DNA of 56,577 nucleotides from a virus. Taxonomy: Duplodnaviria > Caudoviricetes. The translations under genes and the position numbers were made by a program. A model generated the notes under the pieces. The model was not told where the DNA came from. It searched no databases and saw nothing but the letters and a program-made list of their open reading frames with translations. Of the stretch, positions 27,504 to 36,899 are shown piece after piece. Within the stretch, counting starts at the first letter, position 1. Each line of letters opens with the position of its first letter. The stretch lies in the IMG/VR virus record IMGVR_UViG_3300027759_000111, positions 1 to 56,577 of that record; one strand, written 5' to 3'.

Positions 27504-28407
27504 AGTAATCTAGCAATCCTTTATATCCGTTGCAACTGTTTGTTAAATCTTTAACATAACGGTAATGCTCTGTTAAACAATGGCCATAATATTTACACTT
27601 TTTACATATATCTGAAACATTATTAATAGGTTCTTGTTCTGCCCATTTTATATATTCTTTAATTGAATTTAATTCTAAAAAATATTCTTTATCATCTTTA
27701 TTAAATTCTAAAACAGCAAAGTTACCATTTGGTGTTATATACACGTGGTTGTTTGAAAATGCATTATAATTTTTATTTAAACTTTCTATAATTTTGCCTT
27801 CATTTATAAAATCAAATTTTTTTGTAACTGAACTTTCAATCCATTTTTTTACAAACAATTCAAAATCTTTATGTGTGATAGGATGTGCATTAGCCTGATT
27901 TATTGAATATGGCTTAATCTCAACACTTTCTATACTAGAACACAAATTTAATTTGTTTATCATATCATCTACGTTCATCTCTATAACCTTTTGACTTGCA
28001 AGTATTAACACCGCTATTGGAACAGTGCTTTGAAACATATTATTATAAACCAAATCAGATTTTTCTCTAGCTTCAAAATCATAACTTATACTTAAATAAA
28101 AGTCATTTTCAAAAAATCCTTCATGCAACATAGAATAGTTTGTTATTATATTTATCTTGTCTTTATAGTATTTTCTTATAACATTTTTTATCCCATAGAA
28201 ATAATCTTTTTTTAAAGCACCTATTTCGCCGCCATATAAATCTACCCAATCAATCTTTCTTACTTCACTAATTTCTTTAAGTCTTTGATTGAGTATTGCT
28301 AGTGGTATTTTTTTTTGATCTCCTAATTGTTCAGGTGTAAGATAACAAAAATTGCATCTAAAATTACAAAAATAACTTGGATTTATAGAAACAGTTATAC
28401 TATTCAT
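27487..28407 (-). CDS. radical SAM protein with partial SPASM-like domain
   Basis: CNFRCNFC (CxxxCxxC), LYGGE, C-terminal CKKCKYYGHCLTEH...SC. Confidence 0.9.
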   Translation of the reverse strand: MNSITVSINPSYFCNFRCNFCYLTPEQLGDQKKIPLAILNQRLKEISEVRKIDWVDLYGGEIGALKKDYFYGIKNVIRKYYKDKINIITNYSMLHEGFFENDFYLSISYDFEAREKSDLVYNNMFQSTVPIAVLILASQKVIEMNVDDMINKLNLCSSIESVEIKPYSINQANAHPITHKDFELFVKKWIESSVTKKFDFINEGKIIESLNKNYNAFSNNHVYITPNGNFAVLEFNKDDKEYFLELNSIKEYIKWAEQEPINNVSDICKKCKYYGHCLTEHYRYVKDLTNSCNGYKGLLDYYEQRI

Positions 28408-28409
28408 TT

Positions 28410-29105
28410 TTATGCGTTATTATCTTCAAAAATCAAATCAACAGGCATAGATATTCTTAGTTTTCCAAAAAATAATTCTACACCATGATAAACAAAACTA
28501 GGAAACAATACTACATCTCCGGTTTTAGGTTCTAGTCTTTTGTCATCAAACATTTTTGAAAAGTTTGCATTAATTTGATACCCCCTATTTGCATTTCCTC
28601 TAGGATCTCTAACACTTAAAGCACCTCCTAAATTTTCATTTTCATTTAATAAATAAAATACAGCACTCAAATGAGAGCCCGAATGATTATGTTCAGGCAT
28701 AGCGTAACCTTCTTTAAATGTAACACCAGATCCATTCAACCAAGATTTTAAAAAATATTTTTCTTTTTTTAAATCTATATTTAGCTGTTCTTTTAAATAT
28801 TTTTCAAATACAGGAATAACTTCCTTTTCTTTAAATTCGTTAAAAAAACTATCATCTAATAAATTTTTTTCACTTCTTATTTTTAAGTCTTTATCAAAAG
28901 TATAACCATTTGTAGCAATCGCACCACTCTTATCAGTTGTTTCAGTTAGATAATTAGTTATAACATGATTTACAACTTTTTCTAATAAGACTTTATCTTG
29001 AATTTTTGTTATTAAAATTGGTGTTGGCCAACAATAATTATAACCTTCATCAAAACTATATTTTTTATTAGTTTGTTTGTTTATTGATAAATTTGAAAAT
29101 GTCAT
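28410..29105 (-). CDS. putative Fe(II)/2OG oxygenase (TIGR02466-like)
   Basis: WPTPI, SWLN, EHNHSGSHLSAVFY, DPRG, LFPSFVYHGV, RIS. Confidence 0.85.
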   Translation of the reverse strand: MTFSNLSINKQTNKKYSFDEGYNYCWPTPILITKIQDKVLLEKVVNHVITNYLTETTDKSGAIATNGYTFDKDLKIRSEKNLLDDSFFNEFKEKEVIPVFEKYLKEQLNIDLKKEKYFLKSWLNGSGVTFKEGYAMPEHNHSGSHLSAVFYLLNENENLGGALSVRDPRGNANRGYQINANFSKMFDDKRLEPKTGDVVLFPSFVYHGVELFFGKLRISMPVDLIFEDNNA

Positions 29106-29626
29106 ATATTAGTTAAATTTTTATTTACAAAATAATGAAAACTTGCAACCTTTCTAGGCATTTTAATTTTCAATGGTGTTACCATGTGTTCAAATTGTTC
29201 ACTTTGATTCATTATAATAATATCATGTTGTTTAGGATAATAAGAATTAATTAATTCTTTTGTTTTTGTATTTCTAAATTGAATTGCACCACCTATATCT
29301 TCATCCATCGTATCAAAATACATTAAAACACAAAGATTAGATACTATAATCATGTCATTATGCCATTCTAAAGTTGCTTTATCCATACCATTTACCAAAT
29401 CAATTTTTTCTGAAATTTTATAGTTGTTATCTATTTCTTTTACATATTTTTTTGCCAAATATGTTTGCGTTTCTACTAATTGATTTTTTAATTCTTGATC
29501 TTTTATTGCAACAGATAATCCTATGCAGCCTGGATCTGACCATTGTACATTATGTATATCTATATATTTAAATGCGTTACTGTCATTTAAATATATATGT
29601 CCTTTTGACAAAAAATTATCTATCAT
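29102..29626 (-). CDS. Fe(II)/2OG oxygenase
   Basis: WHND (HxD), LMYFD, GGAIQF, FEHMV, RKV. Confidence 0.8.
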   Translation of the reverse strand: MIDNFLSKGHIYLNDSNAFKYIDIHNVQWSDPGCIGLSVAIKDQELKNQLVETQTYLAKKYVKEIDNNYKISEKIDLVNGMDKATLEWHNDMIIVSNLCVLMYFDTMDEDIGGAIQFRNTKTKELINSYYPKQHDIIIMNQSEQFEHMVTPLKIKMPRKVASFHYFVNKNLTNI

Positions 29627-30713
29627 TTACACTTTCATTTATATAAGGTGTTACTTCTATATTTAGTCCGTTAGATTTAAGTATATCTGGAGCAATTGAT
29701 TTCATTAACTTACAGTGCTCCTCTACCATATTATGCTGTTTTAAATCTTTAATTGTTTTTCTGCAACCATTACATATCTCAAACATAGGACAAGTAAAAC
29801 AGGCCTTCTTCATACTAATAAAATTAATATCATCTTGTAATGGTGTAAAAAACTCACCTTTCATTTCTTTATCAAAATTTATTGATTTATCTTTATCATC
29901 ACCAAACGAACCACAAGAATAATAATCTCCACTAGGATTTAATGCACGAATACCACTATCACATTTACGATTTTGAGGACATGATGTTCTTCCACCAATT
30001 AATCTTTGTATCATTTGCCTTGTATTAAATTCCCAAGGCGTAAGTCCACGTTTCCATATTTCTACATAGATTTGGTATATCTTACTTAGTAAGTAGGGCT
30101 TACCTTGTTCTCCACTTGCCATTGCATAGTTTAATTTACACTCAACACCTATTTTACTGTTACGTGAAAAATTATGTAATGTTCCATCTGGTTTAACATC
30201 TTCACTCATTCGTTTGGCTAACTCTACGTTTTTAATTGCATCTTTTTCATTTTCAGGTACAATAACAGATATAAAATCTGGTCTATAACCACAGTGTTCT
30301 AACATAGTATCAGAACACTTCCAAAAATCTTCTTCTGTAAATTCTGAATAATCTCCTTTAAGACGGCCACCACCATATTGAAAAGAAGTTGTTACACCTA
30401 TTCTTTCGTTATTAAATAAAGACTTCCATTTTTTGGGTTTTATATAAAAAGGCCATAAATTAGTAGTTAGAGCTATAGAAGTTTTATAATCGTGTTCGTC
30501 TAACCAGTTTATAATTTTCCAATAATAATCTGGTTTCATCATTAAAGGGTCGCCACCATTGACTATAATGGTTTTTGTATTAGGAAATCTTTTTAAAAAT
30601 GTAAATATTTGTTCGTGTGATAATACATCTTTTTTATGTTCTGCTATTTTAGTACTCGAACAAAAACTACATTTAAAATTACATAGTTCCGTTGGTTTTA
30701 TAATTAAATCCAT
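29616..30713 (-). CDS. radical SAM/SPASM protein
   Basis: KPTELCNFKCSFC, NGGDPL, CPQNRKC...GDYYSC, CFTCPMFEICNGC. Confidence 0.92.
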   Translation of the reverse strand: MDLIIKPTELCNFKCSFCSSTKIAEHKKDVLSHEQIFTFLKRFPNTKTIIVNGGDPLMMKPDYYWKIINWLDEHDYKTSIALTTNLWPFYIKPKKWKSLFNNERIGVTTSFQYGGGRLKGDYSEFTEEDFWKCSDTMLEHCGYRPDFISVIVPENEKDAIKNVELAKRMSEDVKPDGTLHNFSRNSKIGVECKLNYAMASGEQGKPYLLSKIYQIYVEIWKRGLTPWEFNTRQMIQRLIGGRTSCPQNRKCDSGIRALNPSGDYYSCGSFGDDKDKSINFDKEMKGEFFTPLQDDINFISMKKACFTCPMFEICNGCRKTIKDLKQHNMVEEHCKLMKSIAPDILKSNGLNIEVTPYINESVNDR

Positions 30714-31282
30714 TTCAATTCTTTATCAGTAGGAGCTTCAACATTCCACCCAAAAACCAATGTTGTTCTTGGTTTTTCGCCAAAATAAGGTTTTACACGG
30801 TGAACAAGAAATCCTGGAAAAATAATCAATCTATTTTGTTTAGGTAACACATTTATTGTGTTAGATGGATATTCTGCAAAAGTTAAATTTTTATATATGG
30901 TTAATTCGCCACCTACCCAATCAACACCATTAAAAGAAGAGTCTATATAATAGATAGCCGTAATGTATGAACGTTCCACCATATCGTGATGAGGTTCATA
31001 TAAATGATTGTAGACCATTTTTTCATCATATTTTTTTAAACGGCCTTTTTGTAAATTACTAAAATTAAGAGAATTAAAATCTATATTATTTTCAGCGCAA
31101 TAATTTATAAATGTAACATTTACTATTTCATATAATTTTTGTTGACTTTCTGAAAAACTATCTTGACCGGCAATAGTTTTATCTATTAAAGATTCTTTTT
31201 TTAACCTTTCTATTAAGTTTACATCATCTATATAATCATCATAAACACAAACAGGTTCGTTTATAAATTTTAATATTTTCAT
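30704..31282 (-). CDS. Fe(II)/2OG oxygenase
   Basis: PHHD, AIYY, WVGGEL, NRLIIFPGFLVHRV, RTT. Confidence 0.85.
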   Translation of the reverse strand: MKILKFINEPVCVYDDYIDDVNLIERLKKESLIDKTIAGQDSFSESQQKLYEIVNVTFINYCAENNIDFNSLNFSNLQKGRLKKYDEKMVYNHLYEPHHDMVERSYITAIYYIDSSFNGVDWVGGELTIYKNLTFAEYPSNTINVLPKQNRLIIFPGFLVHRVKPYFGEKPRTTLVFGWNVEAPTDKELKWI

Positions 31283-31293
31283 TTTTAAATAAA

Positions 31294-31938
31294 TTATTCT
31301 ATTTTATATCTAAACCCAAACGTATACCTAACTTTATCCCCAGCAGAAATTACTTGATGATGAATTAAAGGATTTGAGTTATTAATAACAACAAACGTTG
31401 AATCTATTGGATAGTGTGTATGCGTTAATTTAACAGAACCATCTTCTTGTTCTACACCAATATTTAATTGACCACCCCAATTTTCATTCCATTCTTTATG
31501 GTCGTTTATATAAACTAACACAAAAAAATCTGACGTATCGCTAACATCATTGTGCATCTTAATATCTAATTGTTTATCCCACAATCCCATACTCAAAGGT
31601 TTGATATTTCTAATACTTCTATATTTTATATGCTGTATTTTAACCAAAGAATCTTTTAGTGTATCAAAAAATTTCATATCAATAATAGAGTTAGCTAAAT
31701 TTTTAACTTTTGTTGGAGACTTACCATAACTCATTTTACATCTTAAAAGCTCTTCATAAAATTCTTCATTTTTTTCAATTTCAGGAGTTACTGCCCAATT
31801 TGCAAATCTTGGTTTATCGCCGTACCAATCTGTATTGATAATAATATCATTTGCTTCTTTTCGTATTTCTTGGGGTAAAATTCCAACATTATATCCTTCA
31901 GTGTAGAATTTAAATTTATTAAACTTCAAATCAATCAT
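31294..31938 (-). CDS. Fe(II)/2OG oxygenase
   Basis: MHND, LVYIN, WNENWGGQL, HHQV, RYTF. Confidence 0.82.
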   Translation of the reverse strand: MIDLKFNKFKFYTEGYNVGILPQEIRKEANDIIINTDWYGDKPRFANWAVTPEIEKNEEFYEELLRCKMSYGKSPTKVKNLANSIIDMKFFDTLKDSLVKIQHIKYRSIRNIKPLSMGLWDKQLDIKMHNDVSDTSDFFVLVYINDHKEWNENWGGQLNIGVEQEDGSVKLTHTHYPIDSTFVVINNSNPLIHHQVISAGDKVRYTFGFRYKIE

Positions 31939-31947
31939 ATTGCTAAA

Positions 31948-31955
31948 TATTTATA
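31948..31955 (-). promoter_or_regulatory. internal T4-type late promoter TATAAATA
   Basis: Exact motif in the 42-nt gap, the largest in the radical SAM operon. Confidence 0.65.
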
Positions 31956-31980
31956 TAGACCTTAAAACACAATTTTAAAT

Positions 31981-32556
31981 TTAACTTAACCTTCTTATCC
32001 AATAATTACCTTTTCTTTTAAAGTTAAATTGTTGCATCAACTCTCTATGATATGGTTCATGTTGTATTTTTTTTTGATTCATAGCTAAATGCAGATATTC
32101 AAAATAAGAACCGGCTGGAACTATTATTTTTTTATCACCAAACATATAAATTATATCCGACCACATTTTTCTTAACAGATTTCTAACTTCTTTAATAGGT
32201 TTGATTTTTAAAACTCCAGAATATTTAATGCCCCCTATTATAATCTCATCATTATAAATGTGTATCATTGCAATACCTTTTTCTAATTTCCAATTTTCTT
32301 TACAAGTTATCCATTGTTCTTCATTTTTATTTTTCAATGTTTGTTCATAGATGTCTGGATCAGTTTCTTTAGTTCCCCACCAAATAAACATATGTGCTTG
32401 TCTAGGACTAATTCTTGGTATAAAAGGATGTTTTAATGGTAACGTATCTAATACTACATCAACATTTTTAGGTAAATTTATGTTAACGAGCGATGTATCC
32501 TCTTGATACTCGTACATCTTCGATATATCTGTGCGTAAGTTTATAGACACACTCAT
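31981..32556 (-). CDS. hypothetical protein
   Basis: 191 aa ORF overlapping the end of the upstream radical SAM gene; true start may be the internal MYEY. Confidence 0.65.
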   Translation of the reverse strand: MSVSINLRTDISKMYEYQEDTSLVNINLPKNVDVVLDTLPLKHPFIPRISPRQAHMFIWWGTKETDPDIYEQTLKNKNEEQWITCKENWKLEKGIAMIHIYNDEIIIGGIKYSGVLKIKPIKEVRNLLRKMWSDIIYMFGDKKIIVPAGSYFEYLHLAMNQKKIQHEPYHRELMQQFNFKRKGNYWIRRLS

Positions 32557-33529
32557 TTAACTCCTCTCTATACTTATAATCATGATTCATAAAACAACCT
32601 AAGGTACATCTTTCTAAAAACTCACAAGAAACACAATTGTATTTTTCTAAAAATTTATTTTCTATTATAGAGTTATCTCTAGGCTTAATTGGTGATTTAT
32701 ACATACTTAAAGATTTCGTGTCTTGCACTAAATTACCGCATAAACATAAAGTTCCATCTGCTAAAACTAACTTACTTACTCTACAAGAAGAATAATTTTT
32801 TTTGTTAAAAATCCAATCTTTAATTGGGTGAACGTTAGGATATTTGTCAACACAATACTTAAAAAATTTTAAAAGCAATTCATCACTTGGCATATTAAAT
32901 TTTGCGTGTTCATCAGGCATATAATAATCAAAATAAATATATTTGCCATTATTATATAAGTAATCAAAATATTCATCGCCTTCTTTTAAATAATATTCTA
33001 TATTAGGTTTTGTAAGTAAACAAGAAAAACAAGTAACTCTATTACCAAAATAATCTACATTTTTTTTAAAAATTTCAAATTGTTTAGGATTAAAACGACC
33101 TCTAGGATCGTATGATGTTGTTATTCTAGCTGATATATTGTTGTCTTTAGAATACTTTAATAAATCTTCTATTAAATCAAGTTTATCTGTTACTAGATTT
33201 GTAACCCAATTTAAAGAACAAGTTTTTTTATATTTTTCTGATATTTTTTGTATACCTATCGACAGCTGTTTATATGCTTCGTTTAATTCTTTAGTGTAAA
33301 TAGTGGGAGCAAAAACTTCACCTCCCATTAAATTTAAAGTAACTTTATTTTTATTTTCTTTACTTATAAATTTTTCAATAGGTTCCAGTTTATTTAAAAC
33401 CGTGTCTAAACCTATTTTATCTTGGTGATTTTGCCAACAAAAAGAACAACTTAAATTACAAAATTCAAATAAATGTATAGTATATTCCTGCTCAGGATCT
33501 CTTTTAGGATCAATTAAAAATTCACGCAT
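32483..33529 (-). CDS. radical SAM/SPASM protein
   Basis: CNLSCSFC, MGGE, SC...DGTLCLC, CVSCEFLERCTLGC (Cx2Cx5Cx3C). Confidence 0.92.
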   Translation of the reverse strand: MREFLIDPKRDPEQEYTIHLFEFCNLSCSFCWQNHQDKIGLDTVLNKLEPIEKFISKENKNKVTLNLMGGEVFAPTIYTKELNEAYKQLSIGIQKISEKYKKTCSLNWVTNLVTDKLDLIEDLLKYSKDNNISARITTSYDPRGRFNPKQFEIFKKNVDYFGNRVTCFSCLLTKPNIEYYLKEGDEYFDYLYNNGKYIYFDYYMPDEHAKFNMPSDELLLKFFKYCVDKYPNVHPIKDWIFNKKNYSSCRVSKLVLADGTLCLCGNLVQDTKSLSMYKSPIKPRDNSIIENKFLEKYNCVSCEFLERCTLGCFMNHDYKYREELNECVYKLTHRYIEDVRVSRGYIAR

Positions 33530-33538
33530 ATCAAAATA

Positions 33539-34657
33539 TTATAATAATTTAAATTTGGATAATTCTTCTATATTATTTTCTTTCTTTAAATTTATAATAT
33601 AATGCACAAAAACGTAATTTGTGTTTTTAAAATCAAATTTAGGAATCAGTAGGGTATCACTAGGATGTTCTATTAATAAATTTAACAAAGAATCTAATTC
33701 AGACTTTGTAATTTCATCCTTTGTAACATATTCTAAAAAATCAAAGATGGCAAAATTGTTTTGGTCAATATCTATACCTTCAATATCTTTATATATTTTT
33801 AAAAATAAGTTTCTTAAACCATCAATTTGTTCTTGCGTTAAATTTTTAAAATTCAAATAATTACGATTATCTGATTTTAATTTATCCGTTGGCCATATTG
33901 TTTCATCTGAATAATATTTTAAAGATTCAATATTTTTAATAGGATTAATATTGTAAAAATCTATATTAGATTCTGTATAATTTAAAACTGATTGAAAATT
34001 TCTATTAAGTAAATTAAATAACACCATTTCTTTACTATCTCTTAATATTTCTAAAAACCATCTTTTTAAAAAAACAAGTATTGTGAATTTTAGTGATTGT
34101 AAATTTTTTACGGAATTGCTAAAATAATCAGCCAATAAAAATTCAATTGAATAATTTAACTCAAATGATTTAATTTTTTCTATTTCGGTTTGGCTAATAA
34201 CAGTATTGTTAAATATAGTATCAACATTTTCAAATAGATAATCAGAACTCCAAAAAGCATTATCATTCTTAATTGTTATATCATCACCTTCAGAATTAAC
34301 AAAATTCATTCTTTCTTTGAATACAAATAATTTTATATAGTTTTTATAACTTTCTAAAGTTAAATTAGGTAATATTAATTTTAACCATTTAGTTAAAAAC
34401 TTGCAATAATTAGTTTTATCGCAATATATAATAGTTTTATTATTTGAAGATTTTGAATGATCGTATATTTTTTGAATTAAATCTGTAAAGCTAATATCAT
34501 CAATATTTTTTTCAAAATGTATTAACTCTCCTTTATTAATTTGTTTATATAAATCTAATAGAGGAACACCTTTAATTTCCGATATTACAACACGATCAAA
34601 ACTTGAATTTATAACATCATCAAATTCTAAATATGATTTATTAAATAAATGAAACAT
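33539..34657 (-). CDS. hypothetical protein in the radical SAM operon
   Basis: 372 aa, coupled; no clear motif. Confidence 0.7.
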   Translation of the reverse strand: MFHLFNKSYLEFDDVINSSFDRVVISEIKGVPLLDLYKQINKGELIHFEKNIDDISFTDLIQKIYDHSKSSNNKTIIYCDKTNYCKFLTKWLKLILPNLTLESYKNYIKLFVFKERMNFVNSEGDDITIKNDNAFWSSDYLFENVDTIFNNTVISQTEIEKIKSFELNYSIEFLLADYFSNSVKNLQSLKFTILVFLKRWFLEILRDSKEMVLFNLLNRNFQSVLNYTESNIDFYNINPIKNIESLKYYSDETIWPTDKLKSDNRNYLNFKNLTQEQIDGLRNLFLKIYKDIEGIDIDQNNFAIFDFLEYVTKDEITKSELDSLLNLLIEHPSDTLLIPKFDFKNTNYVFVHYIINLKKENNIEELSKFKLL

Positions 34658-35336
34658 TTTTTATAATTTCTTTGTCGTTATTTCTAGCATTTATATATTC
34701 TTTACCTTTTCCGTCTACTATATTCCAAGTTAATAAAAACATTGGGTTATTTTCGTTACTCCAATATGAAAATAAATTTTTACCTCTAAACATATAATCT
34801 TCAAAGTAACGTGTATAGAATTTAACTATATCATTATTTATGTTTTTAAAAAATAAGTAAAATCTTTCATGTTTTAATAAACTAACAAAATTTATGCCAT
34901 CTAGGCTATTAGTATCATCTTTTGGAAATGATTTTGCATAATCTTTAAATTCATCAGAATTTACACTGTAAAGATTAAAAATTGATAAACTTTCTAATTT
35001 TTCTCTCCACTTAGATATTATATCTTTGTTTTCATCTATAAAATTTTTATATTTATTTTCTTTAGATATATTTTTAAATTCAAAAAGTATATCAATAACA
35101 ATATTTTCTAGTGAACTTATATTAAGTAAACTAATACTATGTAAATATTCTTTTACTAATTCTAAATCTGGATTTTTTATATCTGTTGGCAAATCTAGGT
35201 TACTTAAATACGTTAAAAATTTTTTTCCTTTTAAACCACTACCTTGATAATCTATTGCATAAGATACTTCTTTATCTGTAAAATATTTTTTTAAATTTTC
35301 TATTGATATAGGTACTGTTGTTTCAATTATTTTCAT
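34641..35336 (-). CDS. hypothetical protein directly downstream of the CHxS-repeat gene
   Basis: 231 aa; TAATG-coupled; FLTYLSNLD, GINFVSLL and MFRGKNLFSYW blocks. Confidence 0.7.
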   Translation of the reverse strand: MKIIETTVPISIENLKKYFTDKEVSYAIDYQGSGLKGKKFLTYLSNLDLPTDIKNPDLELVKEYLHSISLLNISSLENIVIDILFEFKNISKENKYKNFIDENKDIISKWREKLESLSIFNLYSVNSDEFKDYAKSFPKDDTNSLDGINFVSLLKHERFYLFFKNINNDIVKFYTRYFEDYMFRGKNLFSYWSNENNPMFLLTWNIVDGKGKEYINARNNDKEIIKNVSFI

Positions 35337-35878
35337 TATCTTCTACCTCGTGAACTGTGGCAAGAACTATGACAGCTTGTGTGGCAAACATCTATTGTTG
35401 TAGTCACAGTATTACTTCTTAGAGTTGTATATTCTGTAGCCAAATTACCAAAATAAGTTTCTAAATTAGAAGATGATATAGTTTGTGTAGCATCTACACT
35501 TGCACTATTAATTGCACCTAATGTTTGTCTATTACTAGTGGCCATATGAGCAACGTTTGTTGCATCAAAAATAACTCCACTTCCTAAAAGATTTTTTATT
35601 GCTCTTTGTAATCTAATATTTGTATATAAAGCAGTTTCAGTTTCTAATACTGTTTTTATTGTACTAGCGGTAATAGCATTTCCTGCGCTACCTATTGTTG
35701 CACCTGTCGCTGTAACTGTTGCACCGGCCGTTGTACCAGCATATGTTGCATCTGGCATTTCTGCAAAAGGTTTACTGTCTGTACCGTAAACAATACCTGT
35801 GTTAGCAACGTCAGTTACTAGGTCTTTAAATCTATCCACTATATTTTGTGGTGTAACTGGATTAGTTAATGTTACCAT
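35336..35878 (-). CDS. Thr/Ala-rich virion-like protein with C-terminal (CHxS)3-RGRR motif; candidate radical SAM substrate
   Basis: Ends DVCHTSCHSSCHSSRGRR; all 3 Cys lie in this tail; coupled directly behind a radical SAM/SPASM gene. Confidence 0.7.
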   Translation of the reverse strand: MVTLTNPVTPQNIVDRFKDLVTDVANTGIVYGTDSKPFAEMPDATYAGTTAGATVTATGATIGSAGNAITASTIKTVLETETALYTNIRLQRAIKNLLGSGVIFDATNVAHMATSNRQTLGAINSASVDATQTISSSNLETYFGNLATEYTTLRSNTVTTTIDVCHTSCHSSCHSSRGRR

Positions 35879-36899
35879 ATTGTATATTTTTCTTTAACTC
35901 TTTCATTAAACTCTTTGGTGCGCCACATATATCTCCTTGCCAAGCAAGTTGGTGGCAATCACCTCCACAAAACTCAAAAACTTCACAAGAAAAACATATA
36001 GGGTTTCTTGCACGTTCACAAGCGATGTTTTCTATTCGCACAGGACTATTTATAACACTTTTAATATCGTCTTTTATGTGTCCAAATTGAAATTCTGGAG
36101 CTGAATTTGGACAACCTGATATAGTACCATCTGCATTTATTGTAAATATTTTTTGTTCACAATCTCTACAAAAAGTACCACCTTTTAAAAAACCTGTTTC
36201 AAATTTACTATATATTACTTCTAAAGTATCATTACCAAACCAATCTCTACAATTAAATTCTTCAGACTGGTGGTGCATTTTCAAAAACCACTTATCTTGT
36301 TCTATATTATCAGGAAATATTTCAGGATGTAATTTTGCATTTCCGTTACCTGTTAATCTTTCAAAGGACACTTCTTGTACACCCAATTGTTTTACCCATT
36401 TTAATAATTCAATGGGTTCCATAGCAATAGTATCTTTTGTTACACTGATAAATAATCGAATCGTTGCACCTTTAGACAACAAATCTTTTACATTTTTTTC
36501 CCACAAATTATATTGGCCAGCTGTTTCAAATCTAATTTTAGGATCCCAACTTGTTCCTATACGATTGTTTAATGTGTATTTTATAAAATCATAATGCTCT
36601 TGTTTTAATTTCAATACTAAATTTGTTGTAATACCAAATGACCTATTCTTCCATAAATCTTTACATTCATCATACAATTTTTGCATATGAGATACTGGTG
36701 CTAAAAATGGTTCCCCACCATGAAACTCAAAATGAATTGAATCATCTTTATCGTTAAAATAATTTCTAAATCTTTTTATAAAATCAATAGTTTTAAAAGG
36801 ATCAAAGTAAATCTTTTTACCATTTATACCACTTGTGAAACAATGTTTACAGTTAAGTTGACAAGTTTCTGTAGTTTTTATATAAAACATCCATCTCAT
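35862..36899 (-). CDS. radical SAM/SPASM maturase (start revised to 36899)
   Basis: KTTETCQLNCKHC, FHGGEP, CRDC...DGTISGC, CFSCEVFEFCGGDC; ATGA overlap with the upstream stop. Confidence 0.93.
   Translation of the reverse strand: MRWMFYIKTTETCQLNCKHCFTSGINGKKIYFDPFKTIDFIKRFRNYFNDKDDSIHFEFHGGEPFLAPVSHMQKLYDECKDLWKNRSFGITTNLVLKLKQEHYDFIKYTLNNRIGTSWDPKIRFETAGQYNLWEKNVKDLLSKGATIRLFISVTKDTIAMEPIELLKWVKQLGVQEVSFERLTGNGNAKLHPEIFPDNIEQDKWFLKMHHQSEEFNCRDWFGNDTLEVIYSKFETGFLKGGTFCRDCEQKIFTINADGTISGCPNSAPEFQFGHIKDDIKSVINSPVRIENIACERARNPICFSCEVFEFCGGDCHQLAWQGDICGAPKSLMKELKKNIQYGNIN

Noticed and set aside
35351-35386. CHxS repeat as a c-type cytochrome heme motif or radical SAM cluster motif
   Set aside because: The spacing is Cx3CH and Cx3Cx3C, not CxxCH or Cx3Cx2C, and there is no signal peptide or TIM-barrel domain.
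27487-36899. Radical SAM genes as QueE, NrdG, MoaA or 7-deazaguanine DNA-modification enzymes
   Set aside because: No queC, queD, folE, dpdA or nrdD neighbours in the window; the C-terminal SPASM-like Cys clusters and the late structural context fit protein maturases better. Not excluded without HMM searches.
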